A stretch of 64,000 nt of DNA from Amphiscolops sp. MND2022 (lineage: Eukaryota): positions 32,428,001 through 32,492,000 of the forward strand of contig OZ076409.1 of assembly GCA_964187785.1 (NCBI GenBank). Reading direction: 5' to 3'. Below, piece by piece: positions 37,911-49,589 of the stretch. The notes beneath the pieces are model-generated. The model saw nothing but the letters and a program-made list of their open reading frames with translations. It ran no database searches and had not been told where the DNA came from. Each line of letters starts with the position of its first letter. Position 1 is the stretch's first letter. A program made the position numbers and the translations under genes.

Positions 37911-39169
37911 AAAGTTTCCATTTTGAATGTTTAGGGTTCCATTGTTGAATACAGTTGAACTAGCGAAAGTGAAGCAAGATGGTTAGTTAGTGGGTATGTG
38001 AGACACATGAGGCTACCACGTTTTTGGAACGGGTACTGTAGAATTCTAGTCCTTTTCCAGTCTCTTTGAACTCAGTCTGTTTAGTCTAGTCTGTATCACC
38101 TAAACGACTGATGCCTTGCCACAAACTTTTTTGAACTTACAGTGGGTAGTTCCACAAGAGCTTGAAACTTCGATATTGAGGTAATTTCGATCACAACAAT
38201 ATTCTGGATCTTCAGAGAAAAAGACATCAGAGTTTATTTCCATGGACGCCAATTCAGCCACTCTCACTCTCTACCACCAGTGGAAGTGACCCCAAGAGAC
38301 CAAAATTCAACATACACCATCACCCACAGTCAACAAGTTTCAAGGACTGTACGAAGTGCTAGGCTACCATGCTCTGGACAGCAATAATTCACTACTGGAA
38401 GAACTGCTGTGCTTTCTGTCCAGCATCAAGAAGATTTCTTTGGAAAAACTCTTTGACTCGTCTTTGGACGAAACATTCTTTATCATGAAACTCTAATTGC
38501 ACGCACACATTGTATTTTTTTCGAGCTGTTTCAAACTATTCATTTATAAAAAAATAGTACAATAAACTTGTTCAGTCACGTTTTTTCATTACATTTGAAA
38601 AAGACGCTTGTAGAGTTTTGTCTAGAACTATAGAAGTTTAGGTTTCTTTCAGTTTAGTGAAAAGGAAAATCTATTTTTACATGTGTTCAAGTAAACTCAA
38701 TGACGGTAATCACAATTACAAAACCCAACCTAACATTGTACGGCTAAACTTTTGTGTGTATGTCCTACCAATGCTCATATCTAAACTTCCATGTTCACAA
38801 ATTGTCCAAGTATTAATTGTTCAAATCAGGTTTGACTTTCTTAAAAAGTTTTGGAACATGGATTTTAGAAACATTTTAGTCTCAATCTTTCATCATAGTT
38901 CGTTATTGATTTGAATGTTGAGAATTTCATCATATATAGTTTAACAATTATATTTCTACATAAAATAAGCTTTTTGAATTCAGCTCAACAATGGGTCAAC
39001 GTCGTTTTCTAGTCAGCTCTTCTGCCAAAAAGTGAATTTTTACAGTGGTTAGTTTTTTTACCAAGGAGCTCACCCTGTATGTACCTTTTTTGGTACAGAA
39101 GTTATTCGGCCTAACGATCTTATGCAGAAATGGACGATACTAAAGTGGCCGCGTCCTGATTTGGTTCAG

Positions 39170-40090
39170 GTCTATGAGACTTTTTTTTGGAAATTTTTGA
39201 TAATCTTCACAGGATCACCCTCCAATTTTTTGATAATTTGCAACAAATTGAACATTCAGAAAGCCCAAATCGTCCTGTTTTCATACTTTTGGAAAACGTG
39301 ACATTTTTATTGTGATTATTTTTTGTCCTAAAATTAGGGTTTCTATAGGCCATGCCCGCTATACCCGAACTTTTGGAATTATATCTGAAGTAAGTCGCGT
39401 TTCATTAGAGATGTGTTAGCAGTTCAAGAATATTGCGCTATGTCCGATTTTTTTGAAGGTATATCCAAAGTATATTGCCTTTTAGTAAAGCGGAAGCAGA
39501 AGTTCGAAACTATTTCGCTATTCCCAAATTTTGACATTATATCCTAAGTAAATCGCGTTCTGCTAAAGATGAAGCGGAGGTTTTAATGGACAATATTGCG
39601 CTATATCCGAATTTATTTCAAGCTCGGCGTATTTTTTGTACTATGCGACTTTTCTCTAATTTGTTTTCGACGAAGCCCTCGATTTTTATTAGAAAAGAAA
39701 CGTTTTGCGAGCATAGAGGACTCCTTAGAGTTGTCGGCACTATGCGACTCACTTTTTTCGGTAAACAGTTCTCTTTCGGTTATATAGTACCGCTCCACTT
39801 TTTTAAAAGTTCTTGGCTTGGAAAAAGCGTTTTGCGAATTTAATGGGTCTCCTTCGGTGTTTTCAGCGCTATGAGACTTTTCGCGAAAAAAACTGGGTTT
39901 TTTCGAACATTGGTTTTTTTGTTGTGTCCAGTGGGAAAACGTGCTTTTCAAGTCTTATGTGTATCCCTTTGGGTCTTTTTTAGCAGCGTGAACTTGATGA
40001 AATTTTAACATTACCGTCTTTTCGCATATTCGAAAAATTTTACTCTTTTGAACCTTGAGCCGGGCGCCGACTTGTGCTGTTCCCGGATTT
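39170..40090 (+). repeat. Dispersed non-coding repeat family member
   Basis: Shares ggcactatgcgact, tatgtgtatccct and gatgaaattttaacatt blocks with 62660-63420; ends in the GC-rich ccgggcgccgacttgtgctgttcccgg hairpin. Confidence 0.7.
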
Positions 40091-40361
40091 TACCTTTAAT
40101 GAAGATTCAAATTTCCCTCCTCAAATTTGCGGGCATGAAAAATCAGTGGTAGGTTATATATTTATTCTCAAATAACCCATGTTCTTTCAAACATAATTCA
40201 CTTTCTCAGTAGCTAAACAGAACGTCTCCTTTGAAAGAAGCAAAGCACCCGATGAAAACACATTTCTTGATTCTGATCGAAACTCATGTCAGATTGGTTT
40301 ATGTCGCCTGTTCTTTAACTCAGTGCTAGAGGTTGCTGGAAACAAAGCCAGGGTTATATAA

Positions 40362-40528
40362 TGATTGAGACTGCACTATTGAGTGCCAGCTAGCCAGAAA
40401 TCATGTCACAATTGGCTTCCAATACATCTTCAATGAAAATGCAATATTGTATTTTCATTGAGAATGATTGGAAGCTAAATGTGACATGGTTTCTGGCTAG
40501 CTGGCACCCAATAGTGAAGTCTCAATCA
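40362..40528. repeat. 167-bp near-perfect palindrome (MITE-like hairpin)
   Basis: tgattgagactgcactattgagtgccagctagccagaaatcatgtcaca... is mirrored by ...tgtgacatggtttctggctagctggcacccaatagtgaagtctcaatca around the centre caatattg. Confidence 0.9.
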
Positions 40529-41649
40529 GGGTATCTGAAGGAACACCAGTAAAAATAACATCAGACTGTATTCAAGCGGAGTTGTGTATTATATTATGTA
40601 TACGTTTGTCTTTCGGCTCCGTGTGCAGAGAGGAAATTGTCTTATGATTATACTGAGCCGGGAAGTGGTCAAACGGACGCTGGTTGTGAATCCTTCAAAG
40701 GTAGCACTTTTTTATTGAAATCACTGGCTGCACAAACGCCGTAATCTTGGACCAACTTCCACCACGTAAGTATGCATGCACGTTCAAACATACAAGTAAG
40801 GTATACCAATACCTAATCCAAAAAGAAAGCTGCAGCGGCTGTAAAATTCGTTGCGTTTCTGGCCGAGGGGAATTGTTGGTTTGTTTGAGTTTTCTATTTT
40901 CTTCCTTTTGTTATGCGTGGAAGTTGTCTTAATAATTAATCAGTTTTTATAGCCAACGCTTGAGTTCAGCAGTAAACGGCAATAATGATACACAATGTTG
41001 CAGTTTTGAAAGTATCCGGTCACATTCAGCTTTTTCCTTGTGTCGCTCTGTGAACGCATTGATTGCAATTCAATTTCACATACACTATATTTTTAGCACC
41101 TACATATTCCCCAACTCAACTTATTTCTCAGAGAGTTGCTTCTAATCTCTAAAAACTGCCACTTTTCCATCTACCAATTTTAGTGTTACCGCCTACGTTG
41201 TGCAATTTACCACAACACACCAACTCTTTCCCATTCCATTTAATGAATAGACGACCAAGAACTCAGACACCGAATAAGATAATTGAAATTCAAGTTTCAT
41301 TCATTACTTTTCATATTCATCAGCTAAATATATTCAATTTGTTTTCTGTGTACGACTGAGCAATTGTTATAAGTGAATCTCTTTATATTAAAAAGTAATG
41401 TTTTTGATATAAAGTTTCATTGTTTCACCATCTGCCTATTTTATCACAGTCGCCACATCGCTCATTAAAGGTTAGTTTTGTCAGCACATACACTTTGTAC
41501 TCTTCAGCCATTTTATATCGATATCAGAAGTGTCGAAACAGCGCCGATGGTATTCTACGTATTCTACTATTCTGAAGTGACATATGTACTAACCTACATA
41601 CATACTAACCTTTTTGACAAATATTTTGCGTTGTTTAAGCTACTGCTGG

Positions 41650-43338
41650 TGTCGCAGTTTTGCTCGCCTATATGAGTCTACTGAACTTTCCCTAGACCTC
41701 TGTCCACTATTTTCCTGCGTAAAACACGTTTCAGGACGACGTTTCCATGTTTTCTGTGAATTTCCTACTTCGGGGTTCCCTTGTAGCCCACTGGACCTTC
41801 GGTCCCCCATGGTGAAATTATTCGTCCTTAGGCCAGGATGTAGCCCGCTGGACGCTTGGTCCACCATTGTAAAATTAGCTCTCCCCTGCACTTCTAGTGT
41901 ATTTTGTATGAACGGAAGCACAGTATCAGTTATTGCAGCCGTGATAGCATTTTGATACTGAGAATTTAAGCTGTTTTAATTTCATTTAGTTTCTTGGACA
42001 ATTGGTTCGCAATTTCTTCATTGATTAGTCTAGTTGTATCAATGGTAGCTTCGCTGTTTTCTCTACTATTAGTAAGTAGCGACCTAAAGTCTTCACCAGT
42101 TACAATTGAATTCCGCTGTGGCCTGCTAGAGTCTGAGTCTAAATTAATATCGTTCTCACTAAGGTCATTTTAATCGTTGTTTCTTGAATAACTTCCTAAC
42201 ATGACATCAACATTTTCTACATCAGACATGATGTCTAATCGTCTTGGATGTCTCTCCTTAGCATTTTGTTTTCTAGTAGAAGCCATTGAAGAATGACTCA
42301 ACGTTGCAACAATCAATTAACTGATTATCTTGGATAATTATTTCAAAGCTGAATAGTAAGTACAACAGGTACGTGAAACAAATTCAGAGCTAGATCAAAA
42401 GAGTAGCAGTTTGTTCGTATGGATTGTGATTGAATTCGCACAAGATTGAAAACGCGGTCCAAAAGTTTCTCCTATATATAGTATTCACAGCATGACAAGC
42501 TAAATTATAATAGTCATGGTACTAAAAACAGCAACTGGGTTTTTTTAGGTTTCATGACGTCAGAATTGCATCATTAACTAAGCGTCTAAATATAACATCA
42601 AAGCGAGACTGGGGCGGGAAGGTAACCTGGCTTTCAGGTTTGGCATGGGTTACAAAAGTCCTAAAAATAGATTGGCTACATGTTTTATCCAAATAAAACA
42701 TGTCATTTGAATATTATGATGTACAATCAATCAACTAATAATTTCAAAACTGCCCTAAAGTCCAAATCACTACATCACGTTAAGTACAATAGCTTGTTGA
42801 CTAAATACATCCAATGTGAACCTTTGATCCGCGTAGCTACAGCATCATATGCTTGTTTTGCCGGAGTGGCAGTAAATAGTACCATAGCAGACTTGTGGTC
42901 CGCGCGGCTACAGCAAGTATATATAATAGTACAGCGATGTGATTGGTCAATTAGATTGGGACGGTGTGTATACCAAGCGTTAACAAAAATTCATTAGAAC
43001 TCGTTTCCTTATTGCGTTCAATTGCAAGCTTACAGCACAGCTAATTTACATTCAGTTTATAATACTACTGCATCTTTCAATCAACTAAACAGGCACAGGA
43101 CTTTACTACTCAATTATACATATAGCCCCGTAGATTACTATTAGTATTGTGGCCGTGTGGACTGCAAGTTCTTATGGAGAAAATAAAAAATAAGAACAAT
43201 AAAATAAAAATCAGTTGTAGTTTTGAAGTACCTTGGGTATTAATCCCTAAATAGGGAGTACTCCGGGTAAGGGGTTGATTCTCGAGTGTTCTTGGGGAAT
43301 TTGATAGTAATTCCCGTCGCAGGCGGTAGCCTGAGACA
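41650..43338 (-). repeat. 3' LTR (1689 bp)
   Basis: Direct repeat of 55691-57384; preceded on the minus strand by a short purine tract AGGGAAG (43339-43345). Confidence 0.95.
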
Positions 43339-44067
43339 CTTCCCTAGGGACTAAAAGAACCGTCCCTTGGTTCATTCCTTCTAAGTAGACATTCCTACGT
43401 CTTTGTCGTTCCTGGTAAGATTCATCTCGTCTCGACGTTGACTCCAGGTATGTCAATACTGCCGTCTCACGAATTTGTTCGTAGGAGCGACCGCAGACAA
43501 TACATTCCCCGTAAGCTGCTGCTTTCGGCTCACCGCAATTTGCTCTAAATCGTACACTAATTTCTTGTATGTGCGAGTTCAGGGGAGCAGTGAAGTCCGT
43601 GACGTTCGGTCCAGTATAGTCATAACGCCCATGAGTAAGACCCCGTTCACTCAGCGGGGGAGAAAGAGGTGTGTCCACTAACGGGGTCAAGTTAGAACAT
43701 TGACTGATGGGACAATTGTTCTCTTGTCCCAATGCGTTCGGACCTGTCACAAGCTCTACTTTTGTGGATTGAAATTCTTCTGGCCACAGGTCCACTAAGT
43801 CGTTCCACGGGAACTCAGGGAATCAATCTTCAACACAGTCGGAGAGATCTGCCGTCATCTTGTGGGCGAAGTTGGTTTTGCCTGCGTCACGGGGACTTGC
43901 CGGTAGCATGCAATTACTTCTATATCGCTATCGTCAGAATGACGCCCGGTCCCTTCCACAGAGACTGACAATAAGCCGACATCCATTTCTTCTTCCTCCT
44001 CTGACGAGAAATAGGCCGGACTCACTAGAGAAGTTGTCATTTCGTCAAAGGTAAATTGCATTTCCAT
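43247..44067 (-). pseudogene. Extra sense-strand ORF3 of the Gypsy element, unknown function
   Basis: ORFs 43855..44067 (acidic, ATG start) and 43247..43795 (ECIVCGRSYEQIRE...), probably one frameshifted gene; the stop lies inside the LTR. Confidence 0.6.
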
Positions 44068-45226
44068 TTAGAATTGATACTTTCTGAGAGAAAGATTTCC
44101 GTGACAATTTTGAAGTTTTGATAATCAACTGTTTTGCACTTTTCAAACGAGAATGATTGGTTGTCTTGGAGATGCTCGGGTCCCCGGTTTTCCCTTTTTG
44201 CGGGAGTTTCCCGGCGGGAACATTGTTTCTGATCTAGCCTAAGTTTTGTCAAACATCCCATATTTGTAATTTTACCCAATTTTTCTCATTGATAACTAAA
44301 GTAAACTTCATGTTAATAGGTCCTTGAAGGACTTTCTAGTTGTTTACATAACTACTTGATAGCAGTGAATAGGTGTAATAAGTGTTAACTCAAGTTAACT
44401 GCCGGTAAATAAATTCACCATCAAAGACCATCGGTCCGCATGGCTACTTCAACAAAACTGACCAATGGGGTGACGATGATAAATTAACGGTACAATGGAG
44501 TAAAAAATGAATGAAAATAGCGTTTTCATCCAAGTTAATCCTAATCTACGGGACAAATTTCCGTTGTGATGAAATAAAGCATGAAATTCACTGGCATTTT
44601 CAATCCATGATATTAGAGGCGATGATTAGGTAATGGTACCGAATATACATGAAATAAGTAACGCATAAATGTAGTTGAAAGGACTATTTGGTAGGCCACG
44701 ACGTCCATTTATTAGGCGAATAATTGACCATTTTTGAGTGTTTGCTCTCCAAGTACTTTGTCTTTGAATCAAGTAAAGTCAGAAAGTAGAAATAATCATA
44801 CCACAAGGTAAATATATGTCCTTGTGTCTGTGCCATAGTACTCTACTATCTCACCTTTTCATCAATTGAATTGTATATTATCTTATTGATTCTCGTTATT
44901 TTGGACAAAAACTGCGGACTAAGTCAGAACAGCTACAGAAGCTTCCTAGCCAACAGGAGCCAATACCGTAAAAGAGTCTCCCTGTCCCGACAGTCCCTCA
45001 CCCAAATTAGTACACCAATCAGCCGATTTGGACCGAAGAATTCTGCTTCCCCGTCATGGAAATAGCATCAGGTTGGTTCTTTCAATTTTGTCTTGACTAA
45101 ACTTGATCAGTGTTTAGGTTTGACTATTTTACTTCCTACATCATGAAATGTTTTCACATTGTATTGAATAAACTGAACTTCACTTCCGGAAGATTTCAAA
45201 AGCGGTAAGATGAATTCTTTTGCAGG

Positions 45227-48200
45227 ATGTTAACCGCACGAATTTGTTCCTTTCTATTTAGGAAAAAATCAAACCGCCAACCTGTCCAAGCGACAACTGA
45301 AAGTAACAATATGAGTGGCGATACTGAAGTTACTGAAGATGAAGTGGCCGAGAAGACTTTTGGACCTGAGGTGGAGAAAAGCGCAACTATGCCCTTACCA
45401 CAAACATCCGACCAACAACTCCTATCTAATGTGCTCCCCACTGCCATAGAGATAATTGAGGAAAGTTCCTCCCAAGCCTCAGTCGTCCAAGGAACGGAAG
45501 GAGGATTGTCCCCTGCTTCTTTAACTGAAATGGACCCAAAGTCCCTTGGGCTACAATCTTCAGATTACTCTCCCTCATTACTCAGGCTGCTTGGCACAGA
45601 TAACAGCAGCTCTGAGGCTAGCATGCAAGCTTACCTTTCCCGTAAACTCGACACTCGAAGAGAGGAAATAGGTGAACCGGGACCCAGCAGTAAACAGACA
45701 AAAGGAAGTATGAGCGACCCAAATTCTGTGACTCCAGCCCTTAATTTGATACTGGAAACCACCGAACCGAAACTCTCTGAACCGGCTGTCACTTTCTTAG
45801 CTCCATTGCCAGGAACTGAGCCACAAATTGAATCCAAAGGACCACGAGGTTCGATAAAGAGACCTAGAGTCGGTCGTAGTTTTAATGTGGACATCCAACC
45901 TCCTCCCATGTTTGGACTCTTATCTTCGTATTTGGTTAACTCTGATCATTCAGGCTTGATTCTAGCCAGGAGAAGCAAGACAATCCTTTCAGACCGACGA
46001 AGACAATCAGTAGTTCTGAAGTTGAATTGGAAACCGACACTGAATCCGCCTCTCGTCCCGCTGGTTCCACCATTGCCCAAGCCATATCATCCAGACCCAA
46101 AGGTCCGTGCTTGCACTTCAGCGACTCTGCCAGTACCATCAGCCCAACAGCATTCTAAAGCTCACCCAGGAGTACTACACTTCGGCCTAGTGGGCGCGCC
46201 CTTGTCAAAGAATTCTTTGCCGCATCTGAGTCTTTCAACCTTCCCAAGGGATACCATGTAATCGCTTTCACAGAAGACCAAATCAGTAGTGTCTTGAAAG
46301 TTGTGGCAGAAGAGACCGCCAGGTTAACTCAGGATGTAATGAAAAAACTCATCCGTCAGGTCGGCGGACTAAGTTTAAGGTCCCGAGAGTAGCCGGTCCC
46401 AACCAACCAGTGGAACACCTGAGTCAGGAAAATGCGGGAGAGGAAGCATTGGTTCTGGTCGCTACAGCGATACCAGCGGAGCCCTCCAAAGTGACGACGA
46501 CTTCTCAAGCATTGGCTATTCTTTCGAGGATCAAGAACCAAGTAGGATTGTCGATTCACCTCGCGCCAGGATTGAGGCCAGTAGCAGTCGCAATGATCAG
46601 GAATTTGGACCCAACGTCTTTGAAGCTGGAAGCCCTGAGGAGCAAACCTTAGCAGCACTCAAAGCAGAAGCCATCAAGGATGAAAGCAAGCGTGCTCGCA
46701 ATAAACAAGGACGTTTCGTCCAATTGGCTACATCCCAGGAACAAGAAGGAAGGTGACCCGCTCATGCAAAATTATGAAGGAAGCCTATTTCAAAGGCATG
46801 GAGTGGACCCGTACGTTCGTTTCAGGACCTGTAGACCCGCGGTGGAACCCATAAAAATTTTACTGTCAAATCTGTGAAGCCAACGTTCCGATATACGGGA
46901 AAGGGGCAAGAGAGATCCTTCGCCACCATTCCACTGAGAAGCACTTTCGCAAGGACCAGAGGTGGAGGTATGAATACCTGTACACCGTAGACCCTGTCAC
47001 CAAGTCCAAGATACATCAGGTCAGGGGAAAGGATGGCAAGATTTTGACTCCCTACAAGCTAGAATTGGAGCCCCCCAAGTTCAAACTGGCAGAGTTGGTA
47101 GAGATAGGACAGAAACTCCCCTTCTACGATGAATACATGTCCGGCGCGGACGATATGGCTTCCTCGTCAGACAATAGGGCTCGGATCCAACTTTCTGTCC
47201 TTGGTCGATTTCTACCCGCCTATGGCGATTTGGAAGTGCTGAAAACTTTCTGGAACAATGTAGGGGTCATTGTCAACCACCAGGCGATCTTTACTGATTT
47301 CAACTGGAGCTGAAAACGATTGACAGTAAGTGTTCCCTCAAAATCATTCCAAATACTATGCCCCAACTAATTTTGGTAACAATGTCAAGAGTACTACAAA
47401 ACCATTTCTTTGTTTAGGTGTTATTTCATCACATGTTCTTGGAAATTGTCAACGATGTCGCTGCTCAGATCAATGCAAATGGAGAGTAGGCTGTTGAGTT
47501 CGCGAGTGACGGTGTGTTCATGCTCGCATTCGTCCGATTCTAGCGCGAAGACGAATTTTGTCGCGTGTTTTTGAAACGGACTGGAAGGCTGCAAGGACAG
47601 ACCGATGCCGAACTTTGTTTAATTGCTTACATCATGGCCGCGATTTCTACCACTCCCAGATTAATCAGTTGCACGGGCTGTTAGTCCATACAGTTCCTTT
47701 AGTGTCCAGAGCCCTCCCAGATTCGAAGAACTGTCCCTGCCTCAATGGTTGCACCGGAAAAGCCAGAGCGTTTTTGGGCGTATGGACATCTTCTCCACTT
47801 TGCGCTACCTGGTTGTTTCGTTGGGAGGTACCCTGGAACTGGGCTGGGTCTTACTTTCGCAAGAGTTGTCAAAGGTACGTTGTGCCTAATTTTACGCATT
47901 TTCTAATCCTTTTGGCTTTTCTAAACCGAGTCAATAATCGGGCGTTAGGTCTTAACACTTCTACTTTCATGCTTCAGGCCATCCGTACTTGCGAATTAGA
48001 CGTATGTGGGTTGCCCGCTCTGTGTCGTGAGCTCCTTGACAACTGGCCCAAAGTACACTCCTACTTGAGTAAGTTGCGCCGACTCAAGAGATGCAGGGAG
48101 TCCGTAAGCAGGTGAACTTTCTATTTCCGTTGTAGCTACTGGTACCTCAAGTCCGTATATGCAGAAACATCTGATTGTTGTAGCCACAGAACCTGGAGTG

Positions 48201-49425
48201 GTCAATCGTTTATGACAGCCTTTTCCCGAGTCGGCTTGAGTTGTTTTACAGCCTTGTCCAGGACTGTAAGTGGGATTTTGTTGCTTCGGTAGTCACTATG
48301 TTAGCCAGACTCTCACTTAAACGTTTCCTTTTAGACACCAGCAGTTTTACCCTTAACTTGAAGTCACGATGGGACAGGGGTTTCCATGTGTACAAGGAAT
48401 TGTTCCAATTCTTGTTCAAACTAGCCCGCAGGTGCATCCTTCCCAGTAGTCTCCCGATTGACAATGACAACCATGGAACCCTTCAGTTCTTATTCTCTGA
48501 CGCTAAAGCCTTAGTCGTGGATGATTTCAATCTCGCCTTGATATTGGGTGCAAGCAAAAAGCCGAAAAAGCACGCAATGAAGGAGAAAATAAAGACTTGA
48601 GCCTTGAGGAAATTGTTGCCAACAACCGTGATGAGTTTGGAAGATCTGCCAGAGGATATGTAGCCTACCTGGTAGGGGCCACCAAGAAGCTCAACCGATT
48701 CACTTCAGATATTGTGAGGGGACTAGGGTCATTTGTCTTGGAGATTCTCCTAGTGGACCCTGTGGAACAAGCCACTTACTGTTTCAAACAACTTTTCTCC
48801 AGTTTCAGACTCCGTGGGGTAGCAGATCCAGGAGAAGAGCCTGTGTATACAGATGAGTTGAGGCGTCTTCATCCCGATATGCAACAACCGAAACTGCTGA
48901 TTGCTAACGCCATCGATTTTATTTCCAATCAAGAAGCTCTCAAGACCAGACGTCACCTTACAAGGATCTTTCGCCTTTGCTGTCTTTGCCTGGACGAACC
49001 TAGATTTAGTTACCCGGCCGTAAAATTTGATTCCGCGAGGACTGACGATCCTACCTGCAGTATGTTTGACGTCGGGGTTCCTATACAGTCGTTTCTCGGC
49101 TGAGTTTCCTGTGGAATTGACGCGCTCACATCTGAGGCCTCCGTTTCTCGATTCTTTCTTCTAGAGCAGGTGTTTGGTAATACTGGCCTGGATAGTACCT
49201 ACAGTCCTTGGGACAGTTTCAGTCATTTTGGGCGGCAACAGATTAGAGAGACCCTCAGTTGCAGCCTTAGAAAACCATCCGGATCGGGGGCTGGCTAGCC
49301 TAATTCAAGCAAGTCTCCAAAGACGGTCCAAATATCTCCTAGCAAACCTGCTTCCCAGCGCAGTGCTCCAAAGACTGAAGAGGCTCCAATGTCAAAGCCT
49401 AGTAATTCGAGTGGGGGTCTTTTAA
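45227..49425 (+). pseudogene. Antisense, intron-containing cargo gene in the Gypsy element (BED-like zinc finger, hAT-transposase-like segments)
   Basis: Chain of + strand ORFs; FYCQICEANVPIYGKGAREILRHHSTEKH at ~46858-46945; GT-AG introns predicted at 47326-47417, 47875-47977 and from 48104. Confidence 0.65.
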
Positions 49426-49589
49426 ATTATAATTGTACTGTATGTACACATGTGCAGTAGTCTTCCTCTTTGTATATATTTTGTTGCAGTTATTTGTTCC
49501 AGTTATCCACATTATGCACGTTGTCTGCAAGTCAGTTCGGTCTCTGCTAATGTATTTGTTCAGAGAGGGACGGTAATTTACGTATCTGT

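Noticed and set aside
30500..41600. Short six-frame ORFs (60-113 aa) as genes
   Set aside because: Mostly non-ATG starts in AT-rich or repeat DNA with no motifs; only the paralogous relics listed under findings have support.
41650..43338. Start of a second tandem Gypsy copy truncated in gag
   Set aside because: The boundaries coincide exactly with TG..CA termini, PBS, PPT and the GCTGG TSD, so this is the 3' LTR.
45227..49425. env gene
   Set aside because: It is antisense to pol, and no signal peptide or C-terminal transmembrane anchor is evident.
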